Origin: a virus
Taxonomy: Duplodnaviria > Caudoviricetes
DNA length: 26,688 nucleotides
Virus record (IMG/VR): IMGVR_UViG_3300042453_004355
Location: 1 to 26,688 of that record
Direction: 5' to 3' (one strand)
In this document: piece after piece, positions 1 to 8,866 of the stretch
How positions within the stretch are numbered: the stretch's first letter is position 1
Layout: each line of letters begins with the position of its first letter
Translations under genes and position numbers: made by a program
The notes under the pieces: generated by a model
Database searches by the model: none
Seen by the model: only the letters and a program-made list of their open reading frames with translations
Told to the model about the DNA's origin: nothing

Positions 1-926
1 GCGTCAGCACCAAGGGGATGAGCAAGGACGAGCTGGCCGGCCGGGCCATGCACAGCACGACCGACTTCCCGATCCTGCTGACCAGCATCCAGCGGGTGAT
101 GCTGAAGGCGGCCTATGGGGAGGAGCGCCAGACCTGGCTGCCCCTGGCGCGGCAGGAGAACCTGCCCGACTTCCGCGACATGAACGTGATTCAGGTCGGC
201 GGCCAGATGCTGCCTGAGGAGCTCCGTGAAAACGGCGAGTACAAGGCCGGCACCATCACCGAATCGAAAGGCGCCTGGCGCCTGAGCGAGTACGGCAAGA
301 AGGTGGTGGTCGGCCGCCGGCTGATCATCAACGACAACCTGGGCTACATCACCCGGGCGATCCAGATCCTGGGCCGTGGCGTCGCCGTGTTCGAGGCCAA
401 CATGATGTGGAGCCTCATCACCACCGGCAGCCTCGGCGCCACCTGCATGGAGGACGGCAAGGCCCTGTTCCACGCTGATCACAACAACACCGGCAGCGGT
501 GCGATCGGCGTCACGGCAATGTCCGCCGCGCGGCTGGCCCTGCGCAAGCAGGTCGGCTTCGACAAGGTGACCAAGCTCTACCTGGAGCCCCGCTACATCC
601 TGCTGCCCACCGAGCTGGAGGATACCTTCGACCAGTTCAACAGCCCGATCAACGCCACCCAGACCAGCAGCGTGAACGTCTTCACGGGCAAGCTGGAGAA
701 GATCGTCGAGCCGCGTCTTAGTGACAAGAGCCCGACTCAGTTCTACGTCGTGGGTGAGTACCCCGGCGTGGACAAGCTGCTGTTCGGCTACCTCGACGGC
801 GAGGGCGGCCCGAACATCGAGTCGGTGTCCGGCCGTGATCCCGATGGTGTGACCGTCTACCTGCGCCACAGCTTCGGCGCCACCGTGCCCCAGCACCAGG
901 CGTTCTACCGCTCCAGCGGCCAGTAA
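1..926 (+). CDS. Major capsid protein, C-terminal part (Mu gpT-like / prohead protease-capsid fusion type), 5'-truncated
   Basis: The frame is open from the window start. Motifs HSTTDFPILL, YGKKVVVGRRLIINDNLG, DGKALFHADHNN, LEPRYILLP, IVEPRL and FGYLDG are typical of this capsid family. Confidence 0.88.
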   Translation, partial: VSTKGMSKDELAGRAMHSTTDFPILLTSIQRVMLKAAYGEERQTWLPLARQENLPDFRDMNVIQVGGQMLPEELRENGEYKAGTITESKGAWRLSEYGKKVVVGRRLIINDNLGYITRAIQILGRGVAVFEANMMWSLITTGSLGATCMEDGKALFHADHNNTGSGAIGVTAMSAARLALRKQVGFDKVTKLYLEPRYILLPTELEDTFDQFNSPINATQTSSVNVFTGKLEKIVEPRLSDKSPTQFYVVGEYPGVDKLLFGYLDGEGGPNIESVSGRDPDGVTVYLRHSFGATVPQHQAFYRSSGQ

Positions 927-967
927 TCCTGGCCCCTCACTGATCACCCCATCACGGAGATTTCATC

Positions 968-1318
968 ATGAAAGGTTACGATCCGAGCACCGGTCTGGGC
1001 CATGTCCAGAAGGGCGACTACCTGGAGGTCACGCTCCCCTATGCCCGCAAGGGCGGGGAGGGTGTGCTGGTCGGCACGATCTTCGGCGTGTGCGCTGTCG
1101 ACGGCGCGCAAGGCGACGTCATCAACATCCACCGGAAAGAGGTCTACGGGCTGACGGCCGCCACTGGCGCCAGCACCGACGCCACCCAGGGGGCTGCGGC
1201 CTACTGGGACAACACCGCCAAGAAGGTGACGCCGGTGAGCACCAACAACACCCTGATCGGCTCCTTCGCGCTGCCCAAGGGCACGGCGGAGGCCTTTGCC
1301 CGTGTGGTGCTTGGCTGA
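968..1318 (+). CDS. DUF2190-family capsid cement/decoration protein
   Basis: 116 aa directly after the capsid gene, with VQKGDYLEV..GEGVLVG.IFGVC and QGAAAYWDNTAKKVT. GGAG RBS lies upstream. Confidence 0.8.
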   Translation: MKGYDPSTGLGHVQKGDYLEVTLPYARKGGEGVLVGTIFGVCAVDGAQGDVINIHRKEVYGLTAATGASTDATQGAAAYWDNTAKKVTPVSTNNTLIGSFALPKGTAEAFARVVLG

Positions 1319-1647
1319 TGCGCATTGACCTGGCGAGCATTGCTCTGCGCGCGGTGGTGCAGACCATGGGGGATCGTGAACCTGTGGAGTATCACCGCGG
1401 CCAGGTTGTGCATGAGCTGCGCGGCGTCTTCCAGGCGTCGCATGTGGCCGTGGATCCGGAGACAGGGGTGCAGGTGCGATCGACGCAACCTGTGATGCTG
1501 ATCAACGGTGCGGACCTGCCCCTGGAGCCGAAGCAGGGTGACACGGTAGTGGCTCGCGGCGCCACGTACCGGGTGAGAGACGCGCAGCCCGACGGTCACG
1601 GCGGGTGGCTGCTGATGCTGCATGGACCAATTACCGGAGCAACGTGA
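1318..1647 (+). CDS. Head-tail joining protein (head closure, lambda gpFII-like)
   Basis: ATG 1318 overlaps the previous stop (TGATG). PKQGDTVVARGATYRVRDAQPDGHGGWLLML is characteristic of the family. Confidence 0.8.
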   Translation: MRIDLASIALRAVVQTMGDREPVEYHRGQVVHELRGVFQASHVAVDPETGVQVRSTQPVMLINGADLPLEPKQGDTVVARGATYRVRDAQPDGHGGWLLMLHGPITGAT

Positions 1648-2213
1648 TGGGACTGTTTAGCTTCCTGGGCCTTGATGGCAAGGCGCGGAGTGTATCGAAG
1701 AGTGAGCCGCTGCCGGTGGACATCGGGCAGAGCATCGAGGTGACGCTGCCCACGTCGATAACGATCGCGAACGAAGCCAACGATCCGATCCCTGCAGCCC
1801 CGAACGTCACGCGAGGCGGCGGCGCGATCGATGCGAACACGCAGCGCGCCACGCTGGCGACCGACGATCCTGGCGTGGTGGCGCTGACCAGCATCGACAA
1901 CAAGACCCCTGGGCTGCTCAACGGACGGGAACCCACCGAGCCCCTGGGCATCCCCGGCGTGGCGCGGCAGCTGGCTGCCGGCAGCGCCAGCGTGAACACG
2001 GCGCTGACCAGCACCTGCCGCAGGATCTCGATGCGTGCGGTGGGCGCCGACATCCGCTACTCGATCGGCAGCTCCACCCAGACGGCCAGCGCCACAAGCC
2101 ACCTGATCAGCATCGGTGAACGGCTGGATGTAGCGGTGACGGCAACGCCGAACATCGCTGTGATCCGGGCCGGCAGCACGAACGGAACGCTGGAACTGAC
2201 GGAGCTGCTCTGA
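1647..2213 (+). CDS. Putative head-spike/fibre base or adaptor virion protein
   Basis: TGATG-coupled start (MGLFSFLG...), beta-rich C-terminal ~90 aa, and coupled to the following spike-fibre gene. Function is inferred from context. Confidence 0.5.
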   Translation: MGLFSFLGLDGKARSVSKSEPLPVDIGQSIEVTLPTSITIANEANDPIPAAPNVTRGGGAIDANTQRATLATDDPGVVALTSIDNKTPGLLNGREPTEPLGIPGVARQLAAGSASVNTALTSTCRRISMRAVGADIRYSIGSSTQTASATSHLISIGERLDVAVTATPNIAVIRAGSTNGTLELTELL

Positions 2214-3493
2214 TGCGTCTGAGCGCGACACGACAGGCCTCGATTGCTCAGTCGCGGGGCTTCGGCAATCTGCTGTGGGATCTGGCGGGGATGCCGCCGT
2301 TGCTTGATCTGCGGCTGGCGGAGAACAAGTCGCTGGTCAATGTAGTCAGCGGCGTCAATCTGGCAACAGCTACTCGCAACTCTTCCGGCACCTTCGTAGG
2401 CAGCGATCGGCTGCTCCAGTCGGCCGGGGTGGACATTCCCAGGTTCACGCATGATCCGGTGACGGGAGAGTCGTTGGGGTTGTTGCCGGAAGGGCAGAGA
2501 ATCAATCTATTGACGCATAGCGAAGATTTTACGCAGTGGACTCTGCAAAATATCACTGGCAGCGGATCGCTAGGCACTGAATCTGTAACAAGGCCAAACG
2601 GTGTAAGTACAAGTTATGCTATTACCACTGGCGCAACCGTTCCCGGCGGAACCGGTGACGGAGTTTTAAGAAGCGGCACAGTAAGCAATAATCAAACAAT
2701 TACAGAGTCGATTTATCTAAAGGCCGGCACTGCTGTAGGCGACATGCGGCTCCGTATGCGCTTTACGGGCGGAACAACTGCTGACGGAAGTGTATTCCTA
2801 AATCTTTCCACAGGAACAGTTTTATCCGCGAGTGCCAACAGGACAGGCAGGATTTTCCCGGATGTAAACGGCTGGTATAGGGCAACAATTACCGGAACCA
2901 ATAACGCGACAGGAAATGCTAATTGTGATTTTTTTGTATACGCCAGCAATACAGCGGCCGGCACATATTATCTTGACGCTGCTCAAATGGAAGAAGGCAG
3001 CTCCGCCACCAGCTACATCAAAACCGAAGCCAGCACCGTCACCCGCAGCGCCGACGTAATCGACCTGATCAATCAAGCCATAACAAATAACATCCGAACG
3101 TTATACCTGGAATTCCGCAGCCCAGCCATAGGCACCCAAGGCGTAGTAAGCCTGAACGACAACACCGCAAACGAACGCGCAGCGATCATCACCAATGGCG
3201 CCGATCCGCGCCTGGTGGTCGTCGATGGCGGCGTCGTGCAGGCCGACATCAACGGCGGCTCGATCACGGCCGGCGCACGCACCCGCGTGGCGGTACGGAT
3301 CAACGAGAACGATTTCTCGATGAGCATCAATGGCGGCGCCCCTGTCACCGACACCAGCGGCTCATTGCCCAGCGTGGATCGCATCATGCTGGGCCGGACC
3401 CAGGCTGGCGAGCATCTGAACGCTCCACTGGCTCGAGTTATTGGCTGGCCCAACCTGGTGCCTGATTCACTGCTGCAAGCCCTCAGCCAGTAA
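2213..3493 (+). CDS. Phage head spike fibre / carbohydrate-binding (ConA/LamG-like) protein
   Basis: Motifs TATRNSSGTFV, IPRFTHDPVTGESLGLLPEGQRINLL, NGWYRATIT and AQMEEGSSATSYIKTEASTVTRSAD. The central segment is lower in GC. Confidence 0.7.
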   Translation: MRLSATRQASIAQSRGFGNLLWDLAGMPPLLDLRLAENKSLVNVVSGVNLATATRNSSGTFVGSDRLLQSAGVDIPRFTHDPVTGESLGLLPEGQRINLLTHSEDFTQWTLQNITGSGSLGTESVTRPNGVSTSYAITTGATVPGGTGDGVLRSGTVSNNQTITESIYLKAGTAVGDMRLRMRFTGGTTADGSVFLNLSTGTVLSASANRTGRIFPDVNGWYRATITGTNNATGNANCDFFVYASNTAAGTYYLDAAQMEEGSSATSYIKTEASTVTRSADVIDLINQAITNNIRTLYLEFRSPAIGTQGVVSLNDNTANERAAIITNGADPRLVVVDGGVVQADINGGSITAGARTRVAVRINENDFSMSINGGAPVTDTSGSLPSVDRIMLGRTQAGEHLNAPLARVIGWPNLVPDSLLQALSQ

Positions 3494-3497
3494 GGCC

Positions 3498-3800
3498 ATG
3501 CTCTGCTTTCGATTCCCCAATCGCCAGAAGTTCCGCGCTCTCGCCGCTGCTGAAGGTCTGATTGCCATTGGCTACGACGGCGAAGAGCGACTCATCACCG
3601 ACAGCCACACCCATTCACTGGTGGAGATCGGCGCCATCAGCAAAGGCGGCGAGTACGACTCGGAAGGCAACGTGACCACACCGCCGACCGTGTTGCCGGG
3701 CTGGCACGTGAACACGCTGGGCCTGGAGCCTAAAGCGTGGAAGCGGTTTCAGGTTGTTGTGAAGACCCCCTCCAACACCTTCTTCGGCAGCACTACATGA
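3498..3800 (+). CDS. Small protein accompanying the spike fibre (possible chaperone)
   Basis: ATG lies 4 nt after the fibre stop. EIGAI..GGEYDSEG....PP.VLPGWHVN resembles proteins commonly found after such fibres. The stop overlaps the next start (ATGA). Confidence 0.6.
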   Translation: MLCFRFPNRQKFRALAAAEGLIAIGYDGEERLITDSHTHSLVEIGAISKGGEYDSEGNVTTPPTVLPGWHVNTLGLEPKAWKRFQVVVKTPSNTFFGSTT

Positions 3801-4453
3801 CCCACCGCCGCCACCAGCTCCGCGCTGCCTTCGTCAACCGCCTGGGGCAGAACATCACCCCGCCCCCGGCGCAGGGCCAGCAGCCTGGCGCCCCCACCTA
3901 TCGAACCGCTGCCGAAGATCGCGTCCACTCCGGCCGCCTCATGCCTGTCGAGGAGCCCGAGCTGCCCGCCATCATCATCCACACCCGCGAGCCGGAGAAG
4001 ATCCTCGATCGCTCCAGCAGCGGATGGAATGGCTTCGAGAAGCGCCGCGCCATCGTCTCCGTCATCGTCGTCGCCCAGTCCTTCGACGACATCGACGCAG
4101 ATCTCGACTTCATCGCCGATCAAGTCGAAGCGGCGCTTCAGGCCTGGGTCATCCCCGGCTTCGAGTCGGCCGATCCGTTCCTGGTCGACTCGGACATGGC
4201 CGATCCAGACTTCGAGGGCAGCCTCGCCACCGGCGCGCTCACCCTGCGCTACGCCGTCGACTACATGACCCCCTATCGCTCCTGCAGCGATCCCTACGTC
4301 GACCCCGACGCCGCGGCCGGCGACGGTCCCCTGGAGCGCAGCGGGGCCTACCCTGGTGGCCAGGTCACGCCGGGCTGCCCGGCCGACAACACCGGCGAGG
4401 TCTGCCCCATCGGCACAGCCGAGCTGTTCTCTCAAGAGGAGCCGATCAACTGA
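3797..4453 (+). CDS. Putative tail terminator/completion protein with a Cys-containing C-terminal extension
   Basis: ATGA-coupled start (MTHRRHQLRAAF). RVHSGR..P....ELPAIIIHT, DLDFIADQVEAAL and LTLRYAVDY fit a lambda gpU-like fold. Confidence 0.6.
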   Translation: MTHRRHQLRAAFVNRLGQNITPPPAQGQQPGAPTYRTAAEDRVHSGRLMPVEEPELPAIIIHTREPEKILDRSSSGWNGFEKRRAIVSVIVVAQSFDDIDADLDFIADQVEAALQAWVIPGFESADPFLVDSDMADPDFEGSLATGALTLRYAVDYMTPYRSCSDPYVDPDAAAGDGPLERSGAYPGGQVTPGCPADNTGEVCPIGTAELFSQEEPIN

Positions 4454-4818
4454 TGGCCACCACCCGCAAGCGTGCTCGCACCACCGCCGGTCAGTTCCAG
4501 GGTGACGACCCAGCCACCGCAGAACGGAACGAGGCCTATGTGCAGGACCTGCCGCTGAACGTCGACAGCCTCGCCGTCTTCATGTCGCTGGAGCAGCCCG
4601 ACCGCGAGCGACTGCAGCAGGGCCTCGATCTCGCCATCGATGCGGCGGCCAGCTACATCGGCCGGCCCATCACCGGCAACGAGTCGCACCCGATCCGCCA
4701 CGGCATCCACATGCTGGCGGCGCAGCTGCTGATCGCTGATCACCTCGACGCCACACCCACACCAGCCAGCATCCCCGGCGTCGTGCGCTACCTCTGGAAG
4801 GCGCATGCTCGGCCTTAA
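4453..4818 (+). CDS. gp6-like head-tail connector (adaptor) protein
   Basis: TGATG-coupled start (MATTRKRAR). LQQGLDLAIDAAASYIGRPI...PIRHGIHMLAAQL...IPGVVRYLW fits the HK97 gp6-type helical pattern. Confidence 0.6.
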   Translation: MATTRKRARTTAGQFQGDDPATAERNEAYVQDLPLNVDSLAVFMSLEQPDRERLQQGLDLAIDAAASYIGRPITGNESHPIRHGIHMLAAQLLIADHLDATPTPASIPGVVRYLWKAHARP

Positions 4819-5353
4819 TCGCTCCGACCAGATCACCAGCGGCGTCGGCTCACCGGAGGCGACGGATCACGCCAGGCGGCTGAACAACCTGGCCCGTTAT
4901 GGCGTCGTCGCCCAGGTCGACTACTCCGGCGAGACCGCAGGGTTCCCCGCCATCCGCGTCGATCTGCAGGATGGTGCGCTCCGCACCGACTGGCTGCCGT
5001 GGTTCACGCCCCGCGCTGGCGGTGACAGGGTGTGGGATCCCCCGACCGTCGGCGAGGTGGTGATGCTCCTGGCCCCATCGGGAGAGCTCGCCAACGGGGT
5101 CGCCATCCCTGGCCTGTTCTCCGATGGCAACGCCAACGGCGACCGCGCCAACCTTCACCGCCGCACCTATGGCGACGGCACGGTGGTCGAGTACGACCGC
5201 GAGGGCCACACCCTCACCATCGACACCACCGCCAGCACCGGCAGCGTGGTGATCCGCACCGGCGCCGCCAGCATCGAGGCCAGCGGCGCGGTGACTGTCG
5301 AGGCCCAGGGGCAGGTGACCATCACCGGCTCCGCCATCCACCTCAACCCCTGA
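4805..5353 (+). CDS. Baseplate assembly protein V (central spike)
   Basis: RRLNNLARYGVV, TDWLPWFTPRAG..RVWDPPTVGEVVMLL.PSGEL and YGDGTVVEYDR match the P2 gpV signature. Confidence 0.93.
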   Translation: MLGLNRSDQITSGVGSPEATDHARRLNNLARYGVVAQVDYSGETAGFPAIRVDLQDGALRTDWLPWFTPRAGGDRVWDPPTVGEVVMLLAPSGELANGVAIPGLFSDGNANGDRANLHRRTYGDGTVVEYDREGHTLTIDTTASTGSVVIRTGAASIEASGAVTVEAQGQVTITGSAIHLNP

Positions 5354-5358
5354 GCGCC

Positions 5359-5616
5359 ATGGCGAAGGTGATCCGCATCGGTGACCCAGGCGGCCACGGC
5401 GGCACCGTCACCACCGGCAGCCCCGACACCTTCGCCAACGGCAAGAAGGTGGCTCGCGTCGGCGACACCTACGACTGCCCTGAGCACGGGCCCAACCCGA
5501 TCGCCACCGGCAGCCCCGACACCACCGCCAACGGGGCCGCCGTCGCCAGAGTGGGAGACACCACGGCCTGCGGCGCCACACTGCAGGGCGGCAGCCCCGA
5601 CACGGAGGTGAACTGA
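5359..5616 (+). CDS. PAAR-repeat spike tip protein
   Basis: MAKVIRIGD..GHGG.V.TGSPDTFANGKKVARVGD...CPEHG...VARVGD..ACGA, with Zn-ligand His/Cys residues. Follows gpV. Confidence 0.92.
   Translation: MAKVIRIGDPGGHGGTVTTGSPDTFANGKKVARVGDTYDCPEHGPNPIATGSPDTTANGAAVARVGDTTACGATLQGGSPDTEVN
5411..5603 (+). repeat. Three copies of (CCAC)CGGCAGCCCCGACAC encoding the PAAR 'GSPDT' repeats
   Basis: Copies lie near 5411, 5504 and 5589, all within the PAAR gene. Confidence 0.8.
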
Positions 5617-5954
5617 TGGCCGGCATGAACCGCAACACTGGCAAGGCTCTGGGTGGGTTCGACCACTTGCGCCAGTCCATCCAGGACATCCTCACCACAC
5701 CGATCGGCAGCCGGGTCCATCGGCGCGACTACGGCAGCCGCATCCCCCGGGTCGTCGATCGCCCCATCAACGCCGCCTTCGTCGCTGACGTGGTGGCCGG
5801 CACCGCCGAGGCCCTCGATCGGTGGGAGCCGCGCCTGCGCCTGGAGCGCGTGATCATCGACAGCATCTCGGCCGACGGGCAGATCGCCCTTAGCCTGGTC
5901 GGGTACTACCTGCTCAACAATGAGCGGATCACACTCCAGGGGCTGGTGATCTGA
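5616..5954 (+). CDS. Baseplate protein W / gp25 family
   Basis: MAGMNRNTGKAL...HLRQSIQDILTTPIGSRVHRRDYGS...ALDRWEPRLRL. Confidence 0.95.
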   Translation: MAGMNRNTGKALGGFDHLRQSIQDILTTPIGSRVHRRDYGSRIPRVVDRPINAAFVADVVAGTAEALDRWEPRLRLERVIIDSISADGQIALSLVGYYLLNNERITLQGLVI

Positions 5955-6793
5955 TGGCGACGCTCGACTTCAGCTCCCTCCCCGCTCCGGAGATCATCGA
6001 GGAGCTGGACTACGAGCAGATCCTGCAGGGGATGATCGCCGACCTGCAGGCCCGCGATCCGTCCTACACCGAGATCCTCGAGTCGGATCCAGGCGTGAAG
6101 ATCCTGGAGGTCGCGGCCGCGCGTGAGCTGCTGCTGCGCCAGCGGATCAACGATGCGCTGCAGGCCACCCTGCTGCGCTATGCGATGGCGGGCGACCTGG
6201 ACAACCTGGCGGCCTTCTATGGCGTGACCCGCCTGGCGGATGAGGAGGATGAGGCGCTGCGGCTGCGGACCATCGAAAGGATCATGGGCAGCAGCACCGC
6301 CGGCGGCGCGGCCTGGTACCGCTACCAGGCGCTCACGGCTAGCGAGCAGGTGAAGGATGCGGCGGTGAGCTCCCCTGCTCCGGGGGAGGTGCTGGTGAGC
6401 ATCCTGTCGACAGAAGATGGCGGGCTGGCCAGCGCCGAGCTGCTCGAGGAGGTGGATGATGTGCTGCAGAGCGGCAGCATCCGGGTGATCACCGACACCG
6501 TGACGGTGGCCGGCGCGTCGATCGTGACGGTGCCAGTGACCGCGCAGGTGTGGCTCTACCCAGAGACGCCGATCGAGGTGTTCGATGGCCTGCCTGCTGC
6601 ACTGCAAGCGGCTCTGGCGGCATCGGGCGGCCTGGGTTGGGACGTCACCCGCTCCTGGCTGATCGCCAACCTGCACCCGGCCGGCGTGCAGCGTGTGGTG
6701 TTGACCGCGCCGGCGATCGACGTGGTGTGCGGCCCCAGCCAGGCGGCAGCGTTCGGCGCCATCACGCTGACGATGGCGGGGCGTGACCGATGA
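5954..6793 (+). CDS. Baseplate J protein
   Basis: LDFSSLPAPEIIEELDYEQIL, LESDPGVKILE..AARELLLRQRINDA, DLDNLAAFYGVTR and STAG...YRY.AL match P2 gpJ. Confidence 0.95.
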   Translation: MATLDFSSLPAPEIIEELDYEQILQGMIADLQARDPSYTEILESDPGVKILEVAAARELLLRQRINDALQATLLRYAMAGDLDNLAAFYGVTRLADEEDEALRLRTIERIMGSSTAGGAAWYRYQALTASEQVKDAAVSSPAPGEVLVSILSTEDGGLASAELLEEVDDVLQSGSIRVITDTVTVAGASIVTVPVTAQVWLYPETPIEVFDGLPAALQAALAASGGLGWDVTRSWLIANLHPAGVQRVVLTAPAIDVVCGPSQAAAFGAITLTMAGRDR

Positions 6794-8328
6794 GCCGCTA
6801 TGACCTGCTGCCGCCCAACGCCACGCAGCTGGAGCGCGACTTCTCCCGCGCGACCTCCAGCCTGCAGCGTGCTGGCGGTGCAGTGCCGATCATCCGCACC
6901 GCCAAGCGGACCAACATCCCCGACTCGGTGGTGCCGTGGCTGATCTACGAATATGGCCTCGGTGAGATCCTCCCCTACCTGGGGAACGACCAACGCCTGG
7001 CGCTGCGCGATGGCGTGCTCTGGCAGCGGATCCGCGGCACTCCCGAATCGGTGCGGATCGCCCTGGGGTGGATCGGCATCGAGGGGCTCATCGAGGAGTC
7101 GGAAGGCGGCACGAACCGCTGGGCCGAGTACATGCTGGGGCTCTCGGCTCCCACGCAGGGCGAAGAGATCATCGATCGCATCGTCGCGGTGGCGAGGATC
7201 AGCAGCCCGGTGCGCAGCCGGCTGCAGCGCATCTACGCCGTCTACGACTTCCGCCGCGCGGTCTATGACCAGTGCGACTGGGATGAGGGTGCGATCTACG
7301 ACGACCACTCTGGCGTGCGGCCGCGGCCGGACTGGCCGCAGATCAGCTACGGACAGATCCTCTCCTCCTTCGTGTCGGTCGACTCTTCGGTGTCGAGCGG
7401 ACGGACTGAGGTGATCCCCAGGTTGGTGGAGGCCTACCGGCTGTTCCGCTACGACCAGGACCAGTGGGATGAAGGATGGCATCCACTGAGCCCTGCGGTT
7501 CTGCTGACGACGCAGGAAGGTGTGAGCGCTCAATATGAAGGCCAGATCTGGGGCGCGTTCAGCTGGCTGCAGAATGAGACCTGGCCTGATGTGAACGTGG
7601 TGGTGAGCAGCTCGATGACGACGGAGGAGTCTGACCCAGGCGGCGGCTCTGAGCTGGGGACAATCCTGCTGCACATGGACGGCAGCAACAACAGCACGGT
7701 GTTCGCCAACAACGGCACCAGCGGTCTTGCTGTGACGGCCTATGACGGCGCGAAGATCAGCACTGCGCAGAGCAAGTGGGGCGGGGCCAGCGCTGAGTTC
7801 GATGGCGTCGACGCATACCTGCAGATCGCAGCCAGCGAAGCGGCGATCGGCGCCGGCGACTTCACGATTGAATGCTGGTTCAGGACGAGGCAGAACGAAG
7901 ACTGGACGCCGATCTTTAGCCTGTACCCAGAATTTGATACCCATCGGCTGTTCATTGTCGATGGCCAGCTCTACCACATAGTCCAAGACGAGGTAGCTAT
8001 ACCCGGCCCGCAGGTTTCAAACGATGTCTGGTATTACGTTGCTGTAACCAGAGCAGCAGGAACTGTAACGCTGTTTCTTGATGGCAATCTGGTGGATGAG
8101 CCGGTTGAGCAATACATTGACCCGGTTGATACGGATTGGTACTTTGAACCCTCTCCCATTGACATAGGAAGAGACGACTTCCGAGGCTATCTCGACGGCT
8201 TCGTCGATGAGTTCCGTTTCAGCCCGTCGTCGCTCTACGCCGTGGGCACCGGCGCCAATGCCGGCAAGATGGTTCTGTCAGGCACCAACACCCTGGCCCT
8301 GCCCACCGGGCCGTTCCCCGACGCCTAG
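6790..8328 (+). CDS. Tail/baseplate protein I (P2 gpI-like) fused to a C-terminal LamG/ConA-like domain
   Basis: N-terminus LLPPNATQLER...VPWLIYEYGL...WQRIRGTPES..IALGWIG. C-terminus LLHMDGSNNST, AQSKWGGASAEFDG, GDFTIECWF, WYYVAVTR, GFVDEFRF, PTGPFPD. Confidence 0.85.
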   Translation: MSRYDLLPPNATQLERDFSRATSSLQRAGGAVPIIRTAKRTNIPDSVVPWLIYEYGLGEILPYLGNDQRLALRDGVLWQRIRGTPESVRIALGWIGIEGLIEESEGGTNRWAEYMLGLSAPTQGEEIIDRIVAVARISSPVRSRLQRIYAVYDFRRAVYDQCDWDEGAIYDDHSGVRPRPDWPQISYGQILSSFVSVDSSVSSGRTEVIPRLVEAYRLFRYDQDQWDEGWHPLSPAVLLTTQEGVSAQYEGQIWGAFSWLQNETWPDVNVVVSSSMTTEESDPGGGSELGTILLHMDGSNNSTVFANNGTSGLAVTAYDGAKISTAQSKWGGASAEFDGVDAYLQIAASEAAIGAGDFTIECWFRTRQNEDWTPIFSLYPEFDTHRLFIVDGQLYHIVQDEVAIPGPQVSNDVWYYVAVTRAAGTVTLFLDGNLVDEPVEQYIDPVDTDWYFEPSPIDIGRDDFRGYLDGFVDEFRFSPSSLYAVGTGANAGKMVLSGTNTLALPTGPFPDA

Positions 8329-8377
8329 TCGGTGACAACAGACTGGGCAGCTATCCTGGAAGGATCAGAGCGACACC

Positions 8378-8866
8378 ATGGCGCCAGTCTTCTCCATCAG
8401 CGGGCGCATCGCCCTGGCCGCTGCCATCAAGGCGAGCACTGCTCATCACCTCGCATGGGGCAGCGGCAACACAGCATGGGGGAGCAATCCCCCCGCGCCG
8501 CCAGCGAACAGCACCGCTCTGCTGGCCGAGGTCGGACGTCGCCGCGCCACTGCCGTGGAGTTCTGCACCCCCGACGTCAACGGCCCCATCTCCGTGACCG
8601 AGGGCAAGTTCTCCACAACCAACACCCCCACGCAGAACCTCTACTTCAAGTTCCACTTCGACTTTGAAGATGGCGTCGGCAGCACCATCCGGGAGATGGC
8701 GATCTTCCTCAACACCGTGCTCGCCGCTGGCGTGCCGAGCGGTCAGTTCTACCTGGCCCCGTCTCAAGTGGCGCAGTCTGGCTCGCTGCTGGTGATCGAG
8801 CGGCGGGCGCCGATCATCCGTGAGATCACAACCCGTCAGCTGTTCGAGTTCGTGGTGACCTTCTGA
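8378..8866 (+). CDS. Tail collar / fibre-attachment baseplate protein
   Basis: GRIALAAAI....HLAWGSG...TALLAEVGRR and TIREMAIF. Lies between gpI and DUF4815. Confidence 0.65.
   Translation: MAPVFSISGRIALAAAIKASTAHHLAWGSGNTAWGSNPPAPPANSTALLAEVGRRRATAVEFCTPDVNGPISVTEGKFSTTNTPTQNLYFKFHFDFEDGVGSTIREMAIFLNTVLAAGVPSGQFYLAPSQVAQSGSLLVIERRAPIIREITTRQLFEFVVTF

Noticed and set aside
968-1318. RecA/RadA-like recombinase label often given to this family
   Set aside because: There are no Walker motifs; size and position fit a capsid decoration protein.
5411-5603. Spaced ~15-20-bp repeats resembling a mini CRISPR array
   Set aside because: They are in-frame PAAR protein repeats and no cas genes are present.
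1090-5616. Upstream-extended starts in the ORF track (1090, 1605, 3441, 3737, 4024, 5032; likewise 18691, 21831, 22529)
   Set aside because: Downstream ATGs that overlap or closely follow the previous stop give family-typical N-termini.
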